Source: Rhodosorus marinus CCMP1338 (Eukaryota; Plantae; Rhodophyta). Taken from it: 64,000 nucleotides of DNA. Shown piece by piece: positions 39,962 through 50,129 of the stretch. The notes under the pieces are model-generated. The model was not told the origin of the DNA and searched no databases. It worked only from the letters and a program-made list of their open reading frames with translations. Within the stretch, counting starts at the first letter, position 1; every line of letters starts with the position of its first letter. The stretch spans positions 124,001-188,000 of the forward strand of contig JAMWBK010000007.1 of the NCBI GenBank assembly GCA_029953675.1, given 5' to 3'. Position numbers and translations under genes: made by a program.

Positions 39962-42232
39962 ATGACTGGGGGCCGATTATTTGCAGTTGTGGCGTTGTGC
40001 ATCGCGATATCAAAGGTGAAAGCACATGGATCCATGAAGTTCCCACCGACGAGGCAGTACTACTGTTGGGAGAACCCAAGCCATCCCGCTTGCCCGGGAA
40101 CACAGAGTCCTGTCACTTACAACTGGAACGAAGTTGGTCAGTACTGCGGTGCTGGACCTGACTGCCCTCTCGTACGAGATGGAGAGCTGTGCAGCGGGCA
40201 GAACTGGCACGATGGGGCGAGCTACTACGATGAAGTGAGGGACTACCACCGAACACCCATCAACTTTGGCGCAAACACGTTCCTCTACCACACCACAGCC
40301 GAGCACCTGGGTACCTACGAGGTGTACCTGACCAAAGACTCCGCACCTCTCGATCGGCCACTGAGACATGAAGATCTCGAGCTGGTTTGCACGTACACTT
40401 ACGGTGAAGGAAAGCCGCTGATCAAGGAGTTTCCTTGCAACATCAACGTTGAACGTACTCGCTCGGAGCAAGTGGTATACATCAACTGGAGGACGGCGAT
40501 CACCGCCAACGAGCAGTTCATGGGCTGTGCTGATGTGACTATTGAAGGCAACGCACCAACTCCTACTGAGCCACAAGCGACCGCCACCGCAACTGGACTG
40601 CCGGTCACTACGGAATCACCGGCTCCTGAACCGACGGAGACAGGCCAGCCGCAGTGCGTAGTAGCATGGGAGCAGTGCGGCGGATTGGAGTACTCGGGTC
40701 GCACAGACTGCTGCTCTGGCCTCGTGTGTACTGCCGTTTCGGACTGGTGGCACTCGTGCCAGCCTGACACGACAGCTCCTACACCAACGGAGGAGCCCAG
40801 CGCGACTGAAGCTGTAACAGAAGAGCCGCAATCGACTGCAACCCCAACCCAGGAGCCGCAATCGACTGCAACCCCAACCCAGGAGCCGCAATCGACCGCA
40901 ACCCAAACTCAGGAGCCTCAACCCACCGCAACCAACACCTCTGGCCCGGGTGGCCAGTGCGTCGCGATCTACGATCAGTGCGGCGGCGCTGAATACCAAG
41001 GACCGAACAACTGTTGCGATGGACTTGTCTGTACCTTCATTGGTCCGTACTGGTCCCAATGCAACGTCGACCAAGGACAGACAACGTCTGCACCATCTGT
41101 TCAGCCGACGAACGCACCTTCCCAGGCGCCTACACAAGCACCCGAACCAACCGCGACACCACAACCTTCTCAGACACCGACTGTAAACCCTGTGCCAACC
41201 GTCACTCCGAAACCAGAGCCTACGGCAACCGAAGCTCCAACTACTCCAGCGCCGACTACTCCAGCTCCGACCGGCGAGACTGGGTGGGAGAGATCGATTA
41301 CGCCCAAGGATATTGCCGAGGGTCACCCGTGGGGAATCTCCAACCTCCGAGGAAAGAGCGGTCTCGAAGCAGCCACCATCATCTACCACGACATCGCAAA
41401 TGCCATCAGGAACGGTCCCCCGTCCTTCCAATCCTTCTGCAACACCGCAGACCCGGATACCAACAAGAGGGAGGCAGCCGCTTTCCTGGCCAACGTCCTC
41501 AAGGAGACCGGGGGCTACGGAGCCTTCGTCGAAGTCAGTCCAGTCGGAGAATACTGCACCGCTCTTGGAGGCGTAGACCCGGGAATGGTGGCCGCTGGAA
41601 GCGAGTATCCGTGCTGTGAAGAAGGCTACGGATGTGATTTCCGCGGAAGAGGTGCCATTCAGCTCACCTGGAACATCAACTATGGACGGTTTAGCGAGTT
41701 CTACTACGGAGACAAGAATGTCCTTCTGAGAGAACCAGAGCTGGTGGTCGGGGACGGCGAAGTCGGCTGGGCCGCTTCATTGTGGTTCTGGATGACTCGC
41801 CAGGACTACGGAGGCGCTTGTCCACCAGTCCAGCTCACATCTAGCCAGCCGCTCGGAAACATGTCCTGCCATGAGGCAATGACGCTTGCCGATGGCGGAG
41901 GCTTTGGACAGACGATTCGCATCATCAACGGAGGCTACGAGTCCTGCCCGACTTCAGGCTACAGGTCCAGCCCAATCTACCGGGTCCAGTACTACTTTGA
42001 GCTCACTAGCCTGCTCCAAGTCCCGTCTGCACCAAACTGCGAGTTCAACCAAGACTGCGACGTTTCCGGGATGCAGTTCTACGAGAGCTCCATGGGCCGC
42101 GTCGGGAACGTCCTGATCGGCTCCGATACCTGTGTAAACTGCCAGCGCACCTCGTGCACCAAAGCGCTCGTGACCAAGTGGCTTGGGGTCAACGGTGAAC
42201 CTACGACCAAGTATCAATGGACATGCAACTAA
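39962..42232 (+). CDS. Secreted AA10 LPMO - CBM1 - CBM1 - GH19 chitinase - Cys-rich tail (756 aa, intronless; copy A)
   Basis: Signal peptide ends SKVKA|HGSM, giving N-terminal His; YNWNEV, DGELCS, TTAEH, EQFMGCADV (AA10). Two QCGG..Y.G...CC.GLVC......(H/S)(S/Q)C modules (CBM1); T/P/E/Q linkers. KREAAAFLANVLKETGG, FRGRGAIQLTWNINYG, ASLWFWMT, TIRIINGGYE (GH19). Confidence 0.92.
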   Translation: MTGGRLFAVVALCIAISKVKAHGSMKFPPTRQYYCWENPSHPACPGTQSPVTYNWNEVGQYCGAGPDCPLVRDGELCSGQNWHDGASYYDEVRDYHRTPINFGANTFLYHTTAEHLGTYEVYLTKDSAPLDRPLRHEDLELVCTYTYGEGKPLIKEFPCNINVERTRSEQVVYINWRTAITANEQFMGCADVTIEGNAPTPTEPQATATATGLPVTTESPAPEPTETGQPQCVVAWEQCGGLEYSGRTDCCSGLVCTAVSDWWHSCQPDTTAPTPTEEPSATEAVTEEPQSTATPTQEPQSTATPTQEPQSTATQTQEPQPTATNTSGPGGQCVAIYDQCGGAEYQGPNNCCDGLVCTFIGPYWSQCNVDQGQTTSAPSVQPTNAPSQAPTQAPEPTATPQPSQTPTVNPVPTVTPKPEPTATEAPTTPAPTTPAPTGETGWERSITPKDIAEGHPWGISNLRGKSGLEAATIIYHDIANAIRNGPPSFQSFCNTADPDTNKREAAAFLANVLKETGGYGAFVEVSPVGEYCTALGGVDPGMVAAGSEYPCCEEGYGCDFRGRGAIQLTWNINYGRFSEFYYGDKNVLLREPELVVGDGEVGWAASLWFWMTRQDYGGACPPVQLTSSQPLGNMSCHEAMTLADGGGFGQTIRIINGGYESCPTSGYRSSPIYRVQYYFELTSLLQVPSAPNCEFNQDCDVSGMQFYESSMGRVGNVLIGSDTCVNCQRTSCTKALVTKWLGVNGEPTTKYQWTCN

Positions 42233-42599
42233 GGAGGAACGAAAGTATTTCACTCAACCTGAATACACCTTGCCTGATTCTCGAGTATATCCTTGTCTTG
42301 TCAAATACTCCGAAACCTTTTGTTTCGAGCAAGTGCTTAGAGAAACTTAGATTGCTAATCACCTTTACTTTAAAACGAACCATTATCATTGAGGAAACTT
42401 TCATGCCATCTTCCTCCCGACCTTCAAAACTGGCATCTTGTGAAGGGCGCATCTGAAATCTCCAGCCACCTCCTTACTTGCTTCAGCCAAAACACCTCTA
42501 GCCTCCCCTGGTAACTTGCTCCCTTTCCGAGTCACACCCATTACCGTATTGGTCACGAATAGAAACTGTGCGTAAGCAGGGTGGCCAACCTTAGAAAGG

Positions 42600-43010
42600 A
42601 TCCAACCCCAGTTTCCTCTCCAGACCCAAGGTGTCTGGCCCACATGTTCGTCGACGGGTGCGCTTTAACTGGGTGGCTGCCTGTTTCAAAGTATTCGGCA
42701 CAACACCGTTCAAAGCAACGTTGAAATTCAGCGATTTTTCTTTAAGATGTGAAGATCTGTAGAGTAATGCCAACTGTGAACAACCGAGACTGCCCAGAAG
42801 AGTACGGCCATGCACATATCTAAGACGAAAGCAGGAGCAACTTGTGATCCTTCTCCACCCCGCTAATTCTAGTAAGGACCTTTGCTAGGGTCGGAATCGC
42901 CGTACCCCAAGTGGTCGCGGTAGTAGAGTCGTTCGCTGGCGCTGCTACTGGGCCTCTTAGCAATTCACCTAAGAGGCATCCAATATTCTTTGCTACTTTT
43001 AGTTCTTTCA
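42600..43010 (-). pseudogene. Decayed 3' fragment of LIN9 carried by the segmental duplication
   Basis: LRGPVAAPANDSTTATTWGTAIPTLAKVLTRISGVEKDHKLLLLSS vs LIN9 LRGPVAAPANGSTTATTSSTAIPALAKALVRSSGVEEDQKVLLVSC; broken by stops and indels. Confidence 0.85.
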
Positions 43011-43629
43011 ACTGAACCAGATCTGGTCGCTAATCCGTCTTGTGAGAATCTTGTCCGTTCGTACTCATCAGTGGTGTGTACACAGACCCCAACCCTGACA
43101 GGGAGAAAGCTAGGCTGAACCAAGGGAACGGGCCTGTAAGACTAATGAGACTAATGCCGCATTAGAACCCCACAGTACAAAGCCTAATGAAGAGAGGAAA
43201 CGCTACTGTGTCTCAGCGCGATCGCGAAAACAGCCCCGAAGCCAGGTCGAGCCTGAGCCCTCGGTGAATCCAAAGAGCTCCATAACAAGCGGAACGAACC
43301 AGTGTGACACAGTCGAGGTGCTGACGTTCGTAAGGGCTCCTAGGTACACTACCTCCCTACAGGGGGGGTGGGCGCAAGACGCGGGCAGCAACCGCACCTC
43401 GCAATCAAAGGAGACAAATATCGCGAGGCAGGAGGCCTGTATCCCAAGTCTATACCAAGCATAGACCACAAGTTGCCTAAAGTAGGTTTCTACAAATACA
43501 GTGTCCTACTAGGTGATGCCAGCAAATCCATCGATCCCTAATCTGTCATGTGCATTGCCAATGACCAATTCTGCCGTCACCTCCGGAACCTGACCTGGCG
43601 GGCGTTTCAATACGTCTATACACTGGACT

Positions 43630-44290
43630 TTACTAGCATAGCCTGAAGCGCTACGCAAGGCGTGAAGATGAACTAATAACTAGGGAGGGAAGTATGCAAC
43701 CCCAGGCGCCGATGGCGCGCCTCGGAAAGCATGTCGCTGGAATATCGCCAAAGGGAGACACTTAAACGCCTCAAGAGCGCCAAATATTCAGTAGGATGCT
43801 CAGCAAAACATTTCCGCAACCACTCTAAACCCGACTCATCCACGTGACCAAAGCTTTCCACAATGAATGGCTGGAACCGGTGAGAGCGACCCTCAGCGCA
43901 AGGCAGACTGGCCATGCTCTCAGCATACCGTCGTTCCTTAACTCTTCGAAGGGCTGAAGCCGCGGCCCCCCGGCGGCGGGCGGCTGCGGTGAGGTGGGCG
44001 CTGGCCACGGGGCAGGTAATCGCAAGGTCCACATATGTTGAGCGTCTGGCAGCAGCGTCAGAGACGAGGAGATCGGCTATACAACAGGGCGGTGCAGAGT
44101 CCGAGATTGATCTGGGCAGTTCCGACTCAACCTCAACCGTATGCCCTATCCGAGTCAAAAATTCGCTGAGGATGTACTTGAGGCGAGTGTGACGCCTCGT
44201 ACGGAGACCTCGCAACAGTCCGCAGGAACCCAGGAAGTGGTAGCCACAAGCGTCAATCCGGCTCTCACATCCCTGACAGAAAGACGGCCG
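43630..44290 (-). mobile_element. 5'-truncated non-LTR retrotransposon (CRE/R2-like): zinc knuckle + restriction-like endonuclease
   Basis: CQGCESRIDACGYHFLGSC knuckle, then RH, ADLLVSD...YVDLAITCP...GAAA...KERRY...FQPFIVESFG: the PD-(D/E)xK RLE domain of RLE-type non-LTR elements. No RT domain is present. Confidence 0.8.
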
Positions 44291-44321
44291 ATTAGAGTGC
44301 GTCTATACACTAGGATCGGTT

Positions 44322-44830
44322 GAGGTGGAATCGGAACTGCACTGATCAGCCTCGGCCACAACGCGCCCCCGTTGCATCGCAGATCTCCTGGTATCGGACC
44401 CCGCCGCCAGACGCTCAGCATATGTGGACCTCGCTATCACATGCCTTGCGTCAAGTACCCCCAGCTGCCGCTCCGCTCCCGAAGGGGCAACAGCTTCTAT
44501 ACTTCGCCGACTGAAGGAACGGCGGTATGCTGAGACCATGGCCAGTATCCCCTGTGCAAACGGCCTCTCTTACATGTTCCAGCCTTTCGTTGTGGAAGCT
44601 TTGAGCGAATCATGAAAAGTCCACCTCGGAGCGGCTGAGGAACTGTTGTACTGACAACCCGGTTGAATATCTAGGACCCCTCACGCCGTTTCAGTGTCTT
44701 TCTCTGGCGGTATTCTAGTAGCAAAGCATACTCGCTGAGGCGCGCGCGCAATCGCCGTCTGGGTTTTGCACGTTTTTCTCCCCGAGTTTCTAGTTCCTAG
44801 TGCCTGCCGTAGCGCTTCCCGTTATGCTTT
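44322..44830 (+). mobile_element. Inverted, decayed second copy of the same RLE domain
   Basis: EVESEL..., IADLLVSD, VDLAITCLASS...GATASILRRLKERRYAETMASIPCANG...FQPFVVEA; frameshifted; homology extends into the 3' UTR (cgtagcgcttc...tatgct). Confidence 0.8.
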
Positions 44831-45679
44831 AAGAAATCCATCCATACTTCAGGATGGAAAACCTCAAAACTCCTCGCAAAAACAAGACACTAGAAAAAAA
44901 ACACACCAATTCATAAATATCCAAAAACCATCAACAAAATATCATCACACAAAATCATTGATTTTGATAACAAAAATCCAACATCTAATCTCAACTCTGA
45001 GGCGACCATGAATAATAAATATAAATAGTCCACAAAATTGGAATTGGAAGTAGAATGTCGTGACAAATGTCACGACATTCTATTTACAATTCGTTTTATG
45101 ATAATTTCTAAAATATATGAGTAATAATTTACAAAATTCCATTATTTATTCTCAGTTTTTATTGGCTGAATATTTTTGTTCCTCCAATCATCAGCGATAA
45201 AAATTGATATTGTTTTATGGAAATATATAAGCACAGTTCTTCTCAAATCTATTTTTGCGACTTCCTACCCGTGTATCCGTGCGTACAATTCAACGATATT
45301 CACCGGATATAATTTTAAAAATTAAATATTTACGGAATTTATCCACCCCTTGGAAATAATCACCTCTCCACTAAACCTACAGGCTAATTTTCTCGCTGAT
45401 TTGATTGGTTAAATATAGGATTCTGATTGGATAAGGGAATTTGTTTCTGTTTTATGGTTTTTTTTGTCAGCGAGGAGGAAGATGAGGAGCTGGAGGTTAG
45501 CAACTCCATCCAACATGAGTTATTATGTTGGATTGGAGTTGGTCGGAAGAATTGGTGGAGGTTTTACGGACATAGGGTTAAGCGTCCTACGCAGGGAGTA
45601 ATACGAGATAGGAACGAGGAACAAGAGCGTGCAATCCAAGGTGGCGATAGCGAGCCACGGCTAGCCCGGCTGCCCGCTA

Positions 45680-46030
45680 GAATATCAGCGGGGATTTTTA
45701 CCACTGCCAGTATGAGACGTGGCAAAGAGAATTGAAATATGGGAGGGGCTTTGTCTTCCCCAGGCATTCGTGCTTGAGCTCTAGCTCATCGCCTGGTACC
45801 TCTGGTCCTTGAGTTCTTCGGGTTTATAGATTCCGTTGGTTCTCGTTGGGCTTCGGGAGGTTGTTCCGGGAACGCCCTGACCGTCTCTCCTCGTAGCTTA
45901 CCCTTGCAAGTTTCTTGCTGTGGCGTATGAACGCTGCTTTGATTTTGGAGGCGCGCGATATTCGCCCGCGCATAGCCTATTTTTCCCCTCCGTGTTTTTT
46001 TTTTTCTTCCAGTCTCCGATTAAACAATTT
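45680..46030 (-). repeat. Dispersed non-coding repeat; inverted copy of 51310-51670, partial third copy at 36340-36440
   Basis: Shared cgcgcgcctccaa.atcaaagcagcgttcatacgccacagcaagaaac...gacggtcagggcgttc.cggaacaa...ccagaggtaccaggcgatgagctagagc...cgaatgcctggg. Confidence 0.85.
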
Positions 46031-46304
46031 CGTTCATTCAGAACATCGCGATCGCGCGACACCGAACCGACGTTGGAGGGCAAGACACTTCGCGGGTTGA
46101 TCAGTGAAAACAATTGTACAGCCTCTCCAAGCTTAACTTTTCAAGGTGACCACAGCGGTCTGCAACGAAAGGCTGAAGCCTTTGCGCCCTGCCCCCGGAG
46201 GTAGGAAGAACTAGCTCACGTCTTTCTTTTGAACAGGGCGTTGGTAAGTGTGCTTTCGCACAGTGGAAACGGAGACTTTGGGTGAACATGGTTTGCGGGA
46301 AGCA

Positions 46305-46530
46305 GTGATAGTTTTGGAAGGAGGAGATTAGTTGCGAGAGGTAGTTAATAGTTTTGGAATGAAGATGAGTTAGGGAGATTTAGTTAATAGTTTTGGAATG
46401 AAGAGGAGTTGCGAGAAGTATCGATAGTTTTGGATTGCTGAGACGAAGATGGGTATTGATAGTTTTGGAAGGTGGACGGGAGGGCGATGAGATGCGAGAG
46501 GTATTTGATGGTAATTTGGAAGGGAGGGGG
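46305..46530. repeat. Degenerate minisatellite, ~5-6 units of ~35-45 bp
   Basis: Recurring core atagttttgga, with gagttgcgaga and gaagatg motifs between cores. Confidence 0.75.
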
Positions 46531-47514
46531 TTGAAGATGAATTGCGAAATGGTTTGATGACCTTTTGTTTTTTTTAAATCAGGTTTAATCAGGTTTAGGG
46601 GGTGAAAATGGGCTTTGTAGAGAGGCGTATTTGGTGAATTGGCTGTACGTACGAGATCGGCTCTGTTGAAATGGATTGGGACATGAAGTGTATTTGTGTG
46701 TGCGCAACGCTTGTCTTGGAATGCTGTTCATTTTTTTTGAACTACGCCTGTTCTGGAACGCAACCAACTGAATCATGGTCGCCGGAACAAATTCGGGCAG
46801 TTAGTCGAAGAATACAATTGGATGACTAGGGGTTGGCATGATGAAAAAGTTGACTTCAGTCTCTCACGAAAATCGTGCCTCAGGCCCCAATTGTGGATTT
46901 GTTGGCCATCACCTCTGGGAAGGAGCCACGAAATGAACATGGAGCAGAACAGGAGAATTTAAAGAAAAAAACACACAGAGGCAGTCCAATCGAGATCTCA
47001 GCAAATCGTATGCGACCTGATGTCCAGGCATTCGTTGTATTTGGCAAAAAAGATCGGAAAAGAGAGGTTTAATCAACTCCGTTGCCACCCCGCGACATCA
47101 CTGGATTCCACCTTGGAGCTATCGATGCCAGCACAAAACTATTTCGGTTTCCCTCCCAACAAACTTTCAGTTTTGACCCATGCAACAGTTGCTCCTACCC
47201 AGTCGAGCAGAATATTGACGAAAAGCCGGTGTTCGTTTGCAGTCGCACACCACTTTCGATTCCCCACTTCGACCTTTCGCGCGTTATCCATAAAATCTTA
47301 ACCGACAGATAAGGTGTTTTCTATGTTTTCTGTTAGTGGGCTTGATAAGATCCCTTGTTAGACCAATTAATCGACGCCAGTGTGTCGAGCTTCAGGAAAA
47401 GGTATAAATAGCGTCCAGGTTAGCGCCGGAGATTTTTATGAGACTACTGAGCGTGAGAAAGCAAGAAGACGTTGTCGCTACGATTTTCTTGATGTTGCGG
47501 CAGTTTGAAAAGAA

Positions 47515-48552
47515 ATGGAACTCAGCCGATTGATTGCTATTGTCTTGTTGTTTGGAGTGATATCCAGCGTGAGAGGACATGGGTCACTTCAATACCCACC
47601 GACACGGCAGTACTACTGTTGGGAGAATCCGAGCCACCGAGCGTGTCCAGGAGGGCAGAGCCCACTAACCTACAACTGGAACGAAATTGGTCAGTACTGT
47701 GGTGCTGGTCAGAACTGCCCGATCGTAAATGACGGACAGCTTTGCAGCGGGCAGAACTGGCATGAAGGGGCGAGCTACTACGATGTGATTCGGGACTATC
47801 AGCGTACCCCGATCAACATGGGCGCAAACACTTTCATCTACCACACAACCGCAGAGCACCAGGGCTCCTACGAGGTCTACATTACCAAAGACTCTGCACC
47901 GCTTGATCGACCGCTAAGGCATGATGATCTCGAGCTGGTTTGCACGTACACTTACGGTGAAGGAAAGCCACTGATCAAGGAGTTTCCTTGCAACATCAAC
48001 GTTGAACGTACTCGCTCGGAGCAAGTGGTATACATCAACTGGAGGACGGCGATCACCGCCAACGAGCAGTTCATGGGCTGTGCTGATGTGACTATTGCTA
48101 TTGCTGGGACCAATCCTACCTCTCCTCCGCAGCCAACGGAGGAGCCAGAGTCTTCCGTAGAACCGGAGGCTTCTGAACAACCGAAGACATCCGAAGAACC
48201 GGAGACATCCGAAGAACCTGAGACTTCTGAAGAACCGGAGGCTTCTGAACCCCCTTCTCCTCCACAGTGCGTGGTGGAGTGGGAACAGTGCGGAGGAAGA
48301 CTATACAGAGGCAACAGAGACTGCTGCCCAGGTCTTGTTTGCACTAGAGTGGGAACCTGGTGGCATTCTTGTCAAGTGGGGGAGGTGACCACCGTTCCAC
48401 GCACCGAGCGACCGGAAGAACCGGAAGACGAGTGCATGACGGAATGGGCACAGTGTGGAGGAAGAGGATATTCCAGCAGCTCAACCTGCTGCTCCGGACT
48501 CGTCTGTAAGGTAGTCAGTAGATGGTGGCATTCTTGCCAGCGTATTCTCTGA
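47515..48552 (+). CDS. Secreted AA10 LPMO - CBM1 - CBM1 (345 aa, no GH19; copy B)
   Basis: Signal peptide SSVRG|HGSL; YNWNEI, TTAEH, EQFMGCADV; acidic EEPETS-repeat linker; two CBM1 modules (QCGGRLYRGNRDCCPGLVC...WWHSC and QCGGRGYSSSSTCCSGLVC...WWHSC). Confidence 0.92.
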   Translation: MELSRLIAIVLLFGVISSVRGHGSLQYPPTRQYYCWENPSHRACPGGQSPLTYNWNEIGQYCGAGQNCPIVNDGQLCSGQNWHEGASYYDVIRDYQRTPINMGANTFIYHTTAEHQGSYEVYITKDSAPLDRPLRHDDLELVCTYTYGEGKPLIKEFPCNINVERTRSEQVVYINWRTAITANEQFMGCADVTIAIAGTNPTSPPQPTEEPESSVEPEASEQPKTSEEPETSEEPETSEEPEASEPPSPPQCVVEWEQCGGRLYRGNRDCCPGLVCTRVGTWWHSCQVGEVTTVPRTERPEEPEDECMTEWAQCGGRGYSSSSTCCSGLVCKVVSRWWHSCQRIL

Positions 48553-50129
48553 GTGACTTGGCACCGCAAAATACAAGTTGAGCACGGAAAAGGCTGGCTG
48601 AGTGATTACAACCTTTCTCTTCAGGAACGAGTCTGAACACCCTCATGGCGAGGAACTCGAGCGCTGTTCCGCTGGACGTCAATGCCTTTTAGGCCGCGAT
48701 CAGTAGCTACTATAGGATCATCTTTTCTCTAGGATTGAGCCAAGAGAAAGACTTCGATAGATATTTCAGGTTCCGTAGTCGACCGAAGGACGGTAATAAG
48801 ACACATTCTGGCTATGCTAGTAAAACTACCATCCTGACTTTCACTGTACACACTACTTCTTCGCCAGCTTATCACTACTCAAGCTACCGGAAGTTGCCGG
48901 ACTGAGCTGTAACTGATGGTGTCCAGAAACCGCCAACCACTTCCGTGTCTGTCAAGGAGCACGAGGAATTAGAGGCAGGGCAGAAAGGAGAGACGGCTGT
49001 AGCTCAAAACTATAATCGCAATGGAACACCAAAGGTACTCGTCTCGAGCGTATCCGCAAACTTTTTGTCAAGGCAATCATTTCTGCAATCGCTTCATGTC
49101 CAATGGACTCGGTACCCCCAACGAATCATGGAAATTCAAAGAGCGGAGTAGAAAAGCTCCAGGCGCGCTTTCAACCCTTGAGAAAATCACGGTCTTGCCA
49201 GTGCGATCCTGCGGCGATGCTTTTTAGGTCCCGATGCATATAGGCCGAGATCGGCGCCATGACTTTCGTTCTCTAGAAAGTGAATCCAGCCATTGGACTG
49301 AACTCAGGTTACGTTAGTTCGTTTCCAGATTGCGAGCGCCTAGAGCAGAGTTGGAATGGCATTCGTAGCAAATCTCCGCTGTCACTATAGCTGCAGCCAA
49401 TCTAGCAGACCTGCACCGTTCAGTACATTCATCCGAATGACCGCTGGCAAAGATTCCATCCTAAAACATGGTAGCAACCCTTGCGCACTGTCCAGCTAGG
49501 CGAAAGGGAGGGGTTCAGCGCTTTTCAAATGTTCAGCTCAATGGAAACCACGGACAGTGGCGTTAAAGAACGCTAAGGCAAGAGGAGTGTGTAAGAAGCC
49601 CCCTCAGCGGGGTAGCATACTAGATCCAAAGGGAAAACTACTGCATGGAGACGACAGCTTCGGTCCAAGAGTACCTCAGCCCTCTGCGAATTGCGTTTTC
49701 TAGGCATGGTACTGTGTGAAGAGGAATTCTGTCGAAGTAGTTTTAGCACTAGCAAGTTCCTTCCTCCCGTGCCCGAACGACTCAAGAGACACGGCAGCCA
49801 AGCACTACCGAGTTGGGACACCGAATTGGGACACAGAATTGGGGAGCCCTCGAATCTCGGAAGGGAAAAACTCCGCCAAACATTTGGAAACCTCACGATA
49901 ACTCAGCCCAGACAATCGTTCGCAAGAGGAACAAAGGTTGTGTTCCGGCACAGAAACGCGGCGAGCGCTGGGCAGAGACTCTGCATGGATGCTTTTTTTG
50001 ACGAATCAGAGTTGGAACACAAAACTTGCGTTCAGTGTTCGCTTGAGGCCGTCCATAACAATCACAAGCACGGGGCGTCCTTGAATAACTGAAAATGATC
50101 TGCGGCATTCTGCTTGAGATTCGGGCATA

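Larger units (their letters stand above)
36960..43010. repeat. Segmental duplication unit 1 (paralogous to ~50130-56110)
   Basis: Collinear matches: 36960-37110 with 50135-50285, 37440-37900 with 50480-50920, 38330-38720 with 50970-51890, 39200-42600 with 52370-55750, 42600-43010 with 55750-56110. Confidence 0.85.

Noticed and set aside
49573-50092. Overlapping 107 and 133 aa ORFs with a short ttgggacac.gaattggg direct repeat
   Set aside because: No domain signal; likely non-coding spacer next to the duplication boundary.
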